A stretch of 64,000 nt of DNA from an uncultured delta proteobacterium (lineage in GTDB: Bacteria > Desulfobacterota > Syntrophia > Syntrophales > Smithellaceae): the NCBI GenBank assembly GCA_963845095.1, contig CAWJQM010000006.1, forward strand, positions 2,786 to 66,785. Reading direction: 5' to 3'. A model generated the notes under the pieces. It had not been told where the DNA came from, ran no database searches, and was given only the letters and a program-made list of their open reading frames with translations. Both the position numbers and the translations under genes were made by a program. Shown here piece after piece: positions 50,301 through 57,988 of this stretch. Numbering within the stretch: the stretch's first letter is position 1; each line of letters opens with the position of its first letter.

Positions 50301-50511
50301 ACCGGACGGAATAGACGCCCAGTTTGGGAGAGACCAGGGTTTTCTTTTCCACTTCTTCCTGCAGTTCCGAAAGAATCTCATGTGCTTTTAACCCGGTCAG
50401 TTCGGCAAGCCAGTCAACGTTGAATTCATCATCGAACAACAAGGCCGTGGAAATGATCTTTTGCTTCAACAAAGGTTGAAATATTGGAGACATTGTGTTT
50501 TGCCTTTCCAT
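47392..50511 (-). CDS. sigma54-dependent transcriptional activator with ~560-aa TPR-like N-terminal region and a GAF domain
   Basis: AAA+ core: Walker A GETGVGKE, GSFTGA (GAFTGA variant), LFLDEI and RFRADLYYRL. C-terminal HTH AAAILGVPPSTLVFRMKKLGI. A GAF-like segment (GAERGAIFMLEE...VPLTISNNAAGVLYYDN) precedes the AAA+ core. Confidence 0.9.
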   Translation of the reverse strand: MERQNTMSPIFQPLLKQKIISTALLFDDEFNVDWLAELTGLKAHEILSELQEEVEKKTLVSPKLGVYSVRSNQKRAAASETGVEDEAEMHRRIVDLLVRDLPEEDSKWLRLSHHLMKMPNNLEGCHLLSQAGDVHRKCFRTEQAFQCYYKVLEDLRNLYGKDSDLLFAETAVKYAKISTVRQDTSQVLATLKEALKRAKKLNNIAYQALLEMHIAKNEWLRTNFDQALTHFENGWTLAKNLDDPHIIDSVTAFGTFFLFWQGRFREAVESYERSVQEIEKHPQSRFPILGKMTVGYCYAQTGNYTQGLGMLDALRTHCLERGDLYLASYAITLIGEIMLDMRQLDDALHDLEQSAEMAAKTDNRGAFMLSHMFLAFAYYLKGNNSHAIELLHVFYKHQKETGATVLPYPHLLALAWEINQGRFPQVKDLSLQEEIVNMISSKNIYMQGLGYRFQAFMMEQAGAEPSQIIETHKDSIRLLEESGHKVALSRSCLALSRYLLKNGQLEHAREMEIRAAGMLSALDEKIVPDDLQYLIDREKGSERLLKEIMELGKEFVKIRDRRDLVQKIISAGNRVTGAERGAIFMLEEDKEGEKRLQLKASRNLTADEVERPDFSSSLKMIEDVRATGQGAIAGQATDDENAYTSSSIRSKICVPLTISNNAAGVLYYDNLILSSTFKETDLGILSYFSALAAIAIDNASAYDEINRLNKKLTQEKQYLEEENLNQLKFDDIVGTRKEMGQVLTKIEQVASTETTVLITGETGVGKELVARAIHRHSARKDKPFIGVQLSALPAELMSTELMGHEKGSFTGATQRKIGRFELANGGTLFLDEIADISLDLQIQLLRVLQTRQFERVGGTQTLHCDFRLITATNSDLLKKVQEGRFRADLYYRLNVFPIHVPPLCERKDDIPLLAYHFLKLHAARLNKNVSSIPESEMRKLVLYDWPGNVRELQNIIERGVILSSNHHFYMPKLKPDNRVSAETEEALTLAENERRHIVRILKKTGEKVAGPQGAAAILGVPPSTLVFRMKKLGIKRSRR

Positions 50512-50716
50512 GTACTGGCAATGGTCAGATTTAATTTAATAGATTTCTAAATATATAGTTTAAAATCATTTGTCAATTCCACTCTTGATATATGGTGTTT
50601 TGGTATCAACATTTGGAGAGCAGGTGTCTATATCCCTTTATATATTACTCTTGAGTATTGCAACTTATTTATGTAAAACATTAATATAATAGCACTAATA
50701 ACTTAAGTCATAAAAT

Positions 50717-50732
50717 TGGCATCATGCATGCA
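50717..50732 (+). promoter_or_regulatory. sigma54 (-24/-12) promoter, divergent from the activator gene
   Basis: TGGCAT-catgc-ATGCA with the canonical offset, about 120 nt upstream of ATG 50850. Confidence 0.65.
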
Positions 50733-50849
50733 TCTAGCATGTGCAAGATATTGTTTCATTTGTAGGAGAAATAGTTACGCTTTTTGTCAGGTTGCACAAA
50801 AGTACCGGGCAATGAATAGCAACTAAATTAAATTAAGGAGGTGTTATTG

Positions 50850-52419
50850 ATGTCATCAAAGAATTATGATGTAGTGGTGGTTGGGTCAGGGATGGGCGGA
50901 CTGAGTACGGCGGCTATTCTTGCTGTTAAAGAAGGGAAGAAAGTCCTGGTGCTGGAGAAGGAATCGTTCTTCGGCGGGCGTCTGCTGAGCTTTTACGGCA
51001 GAGACAGGCAAATCTGGATCCAGGGTAAACCATACGAATATAAAGATTTTAAAAAGGCATTGGCGAAGCACCGGTACATGGGTCGTTCACGATGAGCCCG
51101 ATTTCGAAACGATAGTCAAAGAAGGTCAGTTTGATCATTGTATAAATGACGGCGGGCACGGCTTGTTCTGGGGCGACAAAAGCAGGGTCTCCTTCCTCTG
51201 CAAATTCTTAGGGTATCCGGTTTGGATGAAAGTCAACAAAGGATACGCAATAATAGATCACAAAGATCATACGAAGTTTTTCCAGGTTGAACATGGCCAA
51301 CCTTACGGGTGGATGGCTGACGGAGGCAAAAGTGCCAGAAACCTGCTGCGTGATATGGCGACCATGCCCTTTGCAGATATAGAAAATTCCCGAGAGTCGT
51401 TGGGTGACTTCCTTGTGAAGAGAGGTTGCACCGAAGAAAAAGACTGGGAAAACTGGGTATATATCAGAAACCTGGCCGGTTCTCAGACTGCCATGGCCGA
51501 TCCTTTTGATATGCATGTGCGGGATTTCCTGAAGTATCAGTCCATTGCCAAGGACATTAAACTCGATCTGGTAAAAGGTTCGGTTGCCACAATAGACGCG
51601 CCCTATGGTATTCTAGATATTGCCGAGCAACTGAAAAAAGCGATTGTTGATAACGGCGGAGATGTATGGACCGACTCGGCCGTGGAAGAAATTATTATTG
51701 AGAACAAGAAGGTCAAGGGAGTCAGGTTTAAGACCAAGAAGGGAACCGAAACAGTCGATGCATCCATTGTTGCCTGTAATATTCCTCCGAAGCATGCTTT
51801 CAAAGTTATTCCGGAGGAAAATTACCCCGCTGATTTTGTGCAGGAAGTAAAGGAGAAATATTACATTCCCGGACTCCTGACGGGATTTTACAGCTCGTAT
51901 AAAATAGATTGGTTCCGGGAGAAGGGTATCGATCCCCGGAGTTTCACGTTCTTAAATGGCGTGTGCCCGCAGAAGAAAGGTCTGGAGAAACTGGATTTTG
52001 TAATGAGCAACTTAGACACATGGGCAAATGTCGCTCCCTCGGGGCTCCACGTACAAGTGTTCTCCATTCCGTTGATGCGTGAAGAGATGCATAACAAGGA
52101 CAAGGTTAACGCCTGTATCGCCGAGGCCGAGCTGTTCCTCACGGACAACTGGCCTACCTGGAAAAAAGATATTGTTAACCATTTCTGGACAGCCGGTTCT
52201 GAGGCTTATGGACACTGGAGACCGATCGGCAAAGACAGGCCTGACAGCAAGTGCCCGTGGGTTGACGGATTGTATTTCGTGGGAGATCAATACGGGAAGA
52301 AAGAATGGGGTGGCGGTGTTGATGGCGCTGCGCTTTCCGGTGCATTGTGCGCTGATGCCATTACCGGCAAAGACTACGAAAAACAGATATTCCCAGTTTA
52401 CCATCGCTCTTCCTGGTAG
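50850..52419 (+). pseudogene. FAD-dependent oxidoreductase (CrtI / phytoene-desaturase-like), one frameshift near 51065
   Basis: The dinucleotide fold is [32 protein letters not shown] 50841-1095 switches into the 51163-52419 frame, which is already open from ~51058 (...[12 protein letters not shown]...). The C-terminus is GLYFVGDQ...GGGVDGAALSG. Confidence 0.75.
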
Positions 52420-52466
52420 TAAATTGCAAAGCGGAGGACTGGGGCTTTATTAACTTATTAATTAAG

Positions 52467-52506
52467 AGCATCACAGTGTGCAGCTAAGCAGGCACACTGT
52501 GATGCT
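52467..52506. terminator. 15-bp perfect stem-loop between convergent genes
   Basis: AGCATCACAGTGTGC / GCACACTGTGATGCT with a 10-nt loop. Confidence 0.5.
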
Positions 52507-52558
52507 TGCCAGAAACAAGACAATCATCGAAGGCTTTATTGCGTCTTCGCAACCGGAA

Positions 52559-52593
52559 ATTCCGTTCGCAGATATTTATTCTGCGAACGGAAT
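52559..52593. terminator. 13-bp perfect stem-loop between convergent genes
   Basis: ATTCCGTTCGCAG / CTGCGAACGGAAT with a 9-nt loop, 33 nt beyond the stop of the minus-strand gene. Confidence 0.45.
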
Positions 52594-52625
52594 AATATTT
52601 GCACAATAACAAAGACAGTCCCGGT

Positions 52626-54071
52626 TTACTCCTTGATTCCGGCTACTTTCCTGGCCAGTGCCATGGCCGGTTCGGAATCGTAACCTCTGAGCATCATCAT
52701 CCGCTGAGCTTCCAGAGTACCCTCTCCATGGACCGTACCATACATGTGAACGCCCAATTCTGAAGAACCGGTCAGATCGCGGACCAGTTTCAGCATGCGG
52801 ATGCGATTCTCCGTCGATATCCCCTTGCGGCCGACGAGATAATAATCGATGTAGTCCTTCAACTCCGGAGTGCTGTAATCTATGGAACTCGGACAAGTTG
52901 CGGCAATTCCTCCCGCAATTTCCTGCAGACAACGCAGATTCTGATGGAAGCCGCTGGCAAAAAGGTACTTGCCGACATTGCAGCACATCTGATTAGGCAT
53001 GGCCAAACCGTTTCTGTACTGGGGCTCGTAGGCGGCCATCATGCTGTAAGTGCGGATGCTTTCGATGTACATGATCATTTCCCGCAGTTTGTCCTTGATA
53101 TGGGAAGCTTTGGCGACACCGTTGTAATCCGCAATCAACGTGGCCGCTCCCAGCATGAGCTCCGCGACCGGTCCCTTGTAACAGAGGCCGGTGAAGCGGT
53201 GCCATGCTGCAAACGTTACGGCAAGATCGCCGGCAAACTCCACCTCCCCGCAGAGGAATATCCTCTCGGTGGGGATGAATACATTGTCGAAGATGACCAT
53301 GGCATGGACAATGGGATGGGGCGCGCTCAGGGGAAACTCGAACGCATCATGAGGAGTATAATCGGGATTGGCGATCATCTTCAACCCCGGTGCATTGGCC
53401 GGAACGGCGAAGGCCACAGCCCAGTCTTCATCGCCTTTTCCCATAGCCCGGGTGGGCAGTACAAGCAATTCATTTACCATAGGTGCGGATGTAATATGAA
53501 CTTTGGCCCCTTTTACCACAATGCCGTCCTTGCGTTTTTCAACGATACGCAGGTAGGTTTCCAGATGGGGTTGTTCATGGGGCCGAAGTGCCCTGTCGCC
53601 TTTCGGATCAGTGACGGCTCCGGCAAGCGAAAGGTCGTTTTTCTGGCAGAAGTGATGATAGTTCTTCACCCTTTCGAAATAGGAAGTTCCATATTTCTTG
53701 TCCACATCGGTACAAATCATCCGCAAGGCGAACAGAGCGTCCGTGCCTATTTCCTTCACGGAGCCAAAGGGGATATAGCCTCCGGCATAAAGGCACGAAC
53801 GGTAGATGGTTTCACGTCGGGCCTTAAGATCGTTGCTGTTGGCCGGCAGCCGGTAGCAGCCCGTAATTGTCTCTCCCGTTTCCGGGCATGTCGTTACGCA
53901 ATGTGAGGCCTGCTCCGGGTCCAGGGCCATCTCATAGGTCAATGCCAGGTGCTCAATGGCCGCTTTGAACCTGTGGTGTGAGGCAATATCGACAACTTTT
54001 TCACCGTCAACCCAGACCTCCCGGCCATCCTGCAAGCTTTCAATGTACTGTTTTGGTGTTTTTAGCGCCAT
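52626..54071 (-). CDS. HpaB / AbfD-family protein (4-hydroxyphenylacetate 3-hydroxylase / 4-hydroxybutyryl-CoA dehydratase superfamily), copy 1
   Basis: 481 aa. The N-terminus TPKQYIESLQDGREVWVDGEKV is typical of the family. GAGGAG RBS. Confidence 0.8.
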   Translation of the reverse strand: MALKTPKQYIESLQDGREVWVDGEKVVDIASHHRFKAAIEHLALTYEMALDPEQASHCVTTCPETGETITGCYRLPANSNDLKARRETIYRSCLYAGGYIPFGSVKEIGTDALFALRMICTDVDKKYGTSYFERVKNYHHFCQKNDLSLAGAVTDPKGDRALRPHEQPHLETYLRIVEKRKDGIVVKGAKVHITSAPMVNELLVLPTRAMGKGDEDWAVAFAVPANAPGLKMIANPDYTPHDAFEFPLSAPHPIVHAMVIFDNVFIPTERIFLCGEVEFAGDLAVTFAAWHRFTGLCYKGPVAELMLGAATLIADYNGVAKASHIKDKLREMIMYIESIRTYSMMAAYEPQYRNGLAMPNQMCCNVGKYLFASGFHQNLRCLQEIAGGIAATCPSSIDYSTPELKDYIDYYLVGRKGISTENRIRMLKLVRDLTGSSELGVHMYGTVHGEGTLEAQRMMMLRGYDSEPAMALARKVAGIKE

Positions 54072-54133
54072 ATAAAATCTCCTCTTTATAATTTAATTTG
54101 TGTTCCCCTTTTCTCATCTTCGATCTTCGGAAT

Positions 54134-54149
54134 TGCAATGGGCATGCCA
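54134..54149 (-). promoter_or_regulatory. sigma54 (-24/-12) promoter for the minus-strand HpaB/AbfD-family gene
   Basis: The minus strand reads TGGCAT-gccca-TTGCA with the canonical offset, about 64 nt upstream of ATG 54071. Confidence 0.75.
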
Positions 54150-54401
54150 GAACAAAGTAATTCAAATAACAAAACAATAATTATATATTAATAGGAAGTG
54201 TTTTTTATTGCTTATGGTCCGGCTTCAGCACGGCGGGATTCCTTTTGCGGCAAAACTCCAATTCCAATATGCCAAGTTGGCGAGGCGCAAACCGCTAGCC
54301 TTTCCCGGGTTGTGGCTAAAATCCACTGCGAGGTGCCGGCCAAATGGTTAAATTACTAAGAAGGAACGCCGAATCTGTGCATGAGTTGCCGACCCAATAC
54401 G

Positions 54402-54432
54402 CAACATTTCGTTTGACGAAAACGATATGTTG
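54402..54432. promoter_or_regulatory. 31-bp inverted repeat (13-5-13, 12/13 matched), activator-site candidate
   Basis: CAACATTTCGTTT-gacga-AAACGATATGTTG, centred 96 bp upstream of the GG of the 54512 promoter. Confidence 0.4.
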
Positions 54433-54510
54433 TGACTTAATTTATTTGTCAGGGGTAGAGAGAGGGGATGAAAAGCCCTGATTATCTGTTAACACAACAA
54501 CTTAAATATA

Positions 54511-54666
54511 TTGGCACCTGTCTTGCAATCTTTTATTACTTTTGAGTCAGGGTTGTAATTGTCAACACCAACATGTTTAGGAGTTGTCCATGCTGAAAGT
54601 TACAAATCTCGAAACAACTTACAACGATATAATTTTGGCGCTAAAGGGTATATCCCTGGAAGTTCC
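54511..54666 (+). repeat. 156-bp duplicated segment, copy 1 (partner 62979-63134)
   Basis: About 96% identical (roughly 6 mismatches). It spans the sigma54 promoter, the leader, the RBS and the first 26 codons of a LivF-like ATPase. Confidence 0.9.
54512..54527 (+). promoter_or_regulatory. sigma54 (-24/-12) promoter
   Basis: TGGCAC-ctgtc-TTGCA, a perfect consensus. Confidence 0.8.
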
Positions 54667-54751
54667 GCTCCATCGATCCTACATCACTACCGGCTTATAT
54701 GGCGATTGCGAAGCACCTGATGAAGGACTAATCCAGTGGAAGACGTCATAA
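54590..54751 (+). pseudogene. 5-prime remnant of a LivF-like ATPase gene (26 conserved codons, then unrelated sequence to a stop)
   Basis: MLKVTNLETTYNDIILALKGISLEVP is identical to the start of 63058-63852. Homology ends at 54666, before the Walker A motif. The chimeric ORF has 53 codons. Confidence 0.75.
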
Positions 54752-54908
54752 GCAGCCTCGAAGGCCGGCCATTACGCGCCGGCGCCGAAGTCCAAATAGA
54801 ACAGTGTCGAAATAGATGTCAAGGGTTGTTTGCAGCGTCGCTGTCCCCGTTCCACAGCGGGACAGCAACGGTAATAATATTGACCATATTATATAAAGGA
54901 GGAAGTAT

Positions 54909-56120
54909 ATGAAAATTAGATTGTGGGGATTAAGCTTGATGTTGGCAGTTGTTCTCTGCCTGTCGATGAACAGTGCCTGGGCAGCAGATGTCCGCGGCGT
55001 TACGGATAAGGAAATCAAGATCGCCTGGCTTACCGATCTCTCGGGACCGGGGAAATACGCTGGTCCTCCTATGTCCGATGTGGCCAGGGATTTTGTGGCT
55101 ATGGTCAATGACAAGGGCGGGATCAACGGCAGAAAAATCAATTTGATTATTGAGGACAACGGGATCCTTCCCAGCACGACGATGAACGCCGCCAAGAAAG
55201 TGATCCTCAAGGATGGAGTGTTTGCCATTGCCATGAATCTGGGCAGTGCCGGCTCCAGGGCAATTTTGCCCCTGTGTGAGGAGAACAAGGTCGTCCTCAT
55301 GCCCCACGGGGCCAATAAGGATTTCTACTCTCCCGGCAACAAATGGGTCTTTGTGCCCCATACTGTCCAGTTCGATATGGCCGCCCGGGCAGTTGACTAT
55401 ATTCTCGAAAAAAACAGCAAGGCACGGATCGGGATGATCTATCAGGATGACGATTTCGGCAGGGAAGGCCTGGCCGGCGCCAACGCGGCTGCCGCAGGTA
55501 TGAAGACGAAGCTTGTGGCTCAGGCCCCTTACAAGACCGGTACCATCGATTTCACGCCGCACATGAACGCCATGAAGGAAGCCAATGTGGACGCTATCGT
55601 GCTTTGGACATATTTGCCGCAGTCGGCTGCCATTATCAAACAGAAAGTCAAGATGGCCTGGAATGTCGATCTGATCTCCAACAATACGACAGATTCTCCG
55701 GCGCTCTTTGCCCTGGCCGGTGAAGCGGCAGACGGTTATATGCTGGTAACGCCTTACGCTCCACTGCATCTGACTAACCTTTCGGGGGTGCAGCGCGTCA
55801 GAGAGATGAACAAGAAATACGGCAATCCCGCCAAGACGCTGGACGATCCTGCATACAACTCATACCTGTATGCGTCTTCTTACGGCTACCTTGTGGCCCT
55901 GGTCGAGGGGCTCCGCAAAGCGGGAAGAGATCTTAATCCGGAAACTTTTATCAAAGGTCTGGAAAGCATTAAAGACTATGATATGGGCGGCCTGTGTCCA
56001 AATATTACCTTTGGACCAAAGCAGCATGTGAGCAGTTTCTCCAGCATGGTGCTCAGGGCAGACGCCAAAACCAAACGCTTTGTCATTGCCGCTCCCATTA
56101 AAGAGCCCAAGACACATTAG
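54909..56120 (+). CDS. ABC transporter periplasmic substrate-binding protein (LivK / Peripla_BP_6 type), no adjacent permease genes
   Basis: AAGGAGGAAG RBS. The signal peptide is LWGLSLMLAVVLCLSMNSAWA. The strings IKIAWLTDLSGPGKYAG and EDNGILPS are present. Confidence 0.85.
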   Translation: MKIRLWGLSLMLAVVLCLSMNSAWAADVRGVTDKEIKIAWLTDLSGPGKYAGPPMSDVARDFVAMVNDKGGINGRKINLIIEDNGILPSTTMNAAKKVILKDGVFAIAMNLGSAGSRAILPLCEENKVVLMPHGANKDFYSPGNKWVFVPHTVQFDMAARAVDYILEKNSKARIGMIYQDDDFGREGLAGANAAAAGMKTKLVAQAPYKTGTIDFTPHMNAMKEANVDAIVLWTYLPQSAAIIKQKVKMAWNVDLISNNTTDSPALFALAGEAADGYMLVTPYAPLHLTNLSGVQRVREMNKKYGNPAKTLDDPAYNSYLYASSYGYLVALVEGLRKAGRDLNPETFIKGLESIKDYDMGGLCPNITFGPKQHVSSFSSMVLRADAKTKRFVIAAPIKEPKTH

Positions 56121-56172
56121 AATTAGTCGGAAGAATGATGTTCGTCTAATCGTGTGGATCAAAGTCTATTCG

Positions 56173-56213
56173 TTAATGTCAGGAGGCGGGCAGGACCAGC
56201 CTCCTGACATTAA
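56173..56213 (+). promoter_or_regulatory. intercistronic stem-loop after the SBP gene
   Basis: A 15-bp perfect inverted repeat (TTAATGTCAGGAGGC / GCCTCCTGACATTAA) with an 11-nt loop. Confidence 0.55.
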
Positions 56214-56376
56214 TATTATCACCACCGTTGCAGTCACGAAATTCTTCCAGGCTTTGGGGAGCAACAAGCCGCTGCTGAAGCAGAGAATTTCTCCTGCGCC
56301 GATTTGGCGGCTTGCGCAGCCCGAAGAAATCAGTGTCGTGTCGTCTTATTCCTGGCAGAGGCGGCGGCCTGCATGA
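56206..56376 (+). pseudogene. possible C-terminal remnant of a short-chain dehydrogenase/reductase gene
   Basis: The frame reads ...DINIITTVAVTKFF...ISPAPIWRLAQPEEISVV.... This resembles the SDR tail IRVNAVAPG...IPLGRLGQPEEIA, with no N-terminal part present. Confidence 0.3.
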
Positions 56377-56447
56377 CAAGAAAGATCATGCTTAGTGTAA
56401 GACAGAAAATATTCCGAAGATTCAAAAATCAGGAGGTATAAATTGCA

Positions 56448-57893
56448 ATGGGTTTAATGACAGCAGATCAATATAGAGAAAGTTTAAACGACGGCAGGGT
56501 TGTCTATTATAAAGGCAAGAAGATCGATAATGTGTGCGAACATCCCCACCTTGCCGCCTGCGTCAATACGGTGGCTGTGGATTATGAAATGGCCCACGAT
56601 CCGAAGTATAAGGATCTGGCGCTCGTTTACGATGAAGAACTCAAGGAAAATATCAGCAGGTACAACTATCTACCTAAAAATGGCCAGGATCTGCTGAAGC
56701 AATTGGAACTGATCATCAAGGCCACAGAACTGGGGAATGGCTATATACCCCTGGCCCACGATATCGGCGCCGATGCCATGAACGCCATTGCCATTACGGC
56801 GAGAACCATGGGCGATGCCGGTAAAGAGTATGCGGAACGCATCGAAAAATACCGGACATATCTGAAGAAGACGGACAAGTGCGTTGTCGCGGGTGTGACC
56901 GATGCCAAAGGCGACCGGCGTCTTCGTCCGTCCGATCCGGGTCAGGCTAATCCCGACTTTCACGTGCGCCTGGTCAGCAAAGACGATAAGGGGATTATCG
57001 TCCGGGGCGCCAAGGTTCACATTACCGGAGCCTCCTACTGCAATGAATTCTTCGTTATCCCCTGCCGGGCGCTGAGTGGTCCCGAGGATGCTCCCTATGC
57101 CGTTGCCTTTGCCATTCCGGCCAATACCAAGGGTGTCCGGCAGATCATTCGTCCCTTTCATGGATTAATCAACGACGATGAGTTCCCCGTGAAAAATCAG
57201 TGGAGAAACATGCACACGGACTCTCTCATTATTTTTGATGACGTCTTTGTTCCCTGGGAAAGAGTATTCCTTTGCGGCGAGTGGAAGTTTGCCGCCACCA
57301 TGGTTTACAATTTTGCCCTCATGCACCGCCGCACGGGATGCGCTTACCGTATACCCTTGAGTGAGCAACTGCTGGGGGTTGCCCAGGCCATTGCCGAATA
57401 CAACGGCATTGCCGACGCTCCCCACGTCAAGGAAAAGATCACCGATATCGTGATCTATCTGGAGACGCTCGTTGCACTTTCCCGATCGGCTTGTCTGGAT
57501 TTCGTGGATCATGCGGGTATTCCCGTTCCCAATCCCATTACAACCAATATTGCCAAGTACCATTTTGCCCACAACTATCACCGGATGATGGAGATAATCC
57601 AGGATCTTTCCGGCGGGCTCCTGGTGACCGCTCCGACCTACCGAGACTGGTGCAACCCCGAGACTCACGAGGACATCAAGAAATACCTCCAGGGCAGTGC
57701 TAAAGTTCCGACAGAGCACAGATTGCGGATGTTTGATCTGATTCGCCGAGTGACCTCAGGCGACCAGGAAACGATTTGTCTCCACGGCGAGGGATCGCCC
57801 TTTGCGGAAAGAATGACTATTCTCATGGAAGCGAAAAAAGTCATCGCCCGCTGCAAGGCGATAGCCGAGGAGATGGCGGGAATTAAGAAGTAA
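56448..57893 (+). CDS. HpaB / AbfD-family protein, copy 2
   Basis: 481 aa. The N-terminus MTADQYRESLNDGRVVYYKGKKI fits the family. AGGAGG RBS. Same length as, and collinear with, 52626-54071. Confidence 0.8.
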   Translation: MGLMTADQYRESLNDGRVVYYKGKKIDNVCEHPHLAACVNTVAVDYEMAHDPKYKDLALVYDEELKENISRYNYLPKNGQDLLKQLELIIKATELGNGYIPLAHDIGADAMNAIAITARTMGDAGKEYAERIEKYRTYLKKTDKCVVAGVTDAKGDRRLRPSDPGQANPDFHVRLVSKDDKGIIVRGAKVHITGASYCNEFFVIPCRALSGPEDAPYAVAFAIPANTKGVRQIIRPFHGLINDDEFPVKNQWRNMHTDSLIIFDDVFVPWERVFLCGEWKFAATMVYNFALMHRRTGCAYRIPLSEQLLGVAQAIAEYNGIADAPHVKEKITDIVIYLETLVALSRSACLDFVDHAGIPVPNPITTNIAKYHFAHNYHRMMEIIQDLSGGLLVTAPTYRDWCNPETHEDIKKYLQGSAKVPTEHRLRMFDLIRRVTSGDQETICLHGEGSPFAERMTILMEAKKVIARCKAIAEEMAGIKK

Positions 57894-57988
57894 CTAAACC
57901 GCATTGGACTTCGATGCGGCCACCTCTTTACGGTGGCGCGCATCGGAAGCAAAGTGTTCTTGCTGGGTCTTATTAAAGGAGGTTAACG

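Noticed and set aside
52944-53906. A 320-aa plus-strand ORF antisense to HpaB/AbfD copy 1. Similar antisense ORFs occur at 40373-41293, 54930-55769, 58994-59674, 59745-60401, 61816-62445 and 20374-20946.
   Set aside because: All lie fully inside well-supported genes on the other strand. They lack RBS/start context and give Arg/Gly/His-rich nonsense translations.
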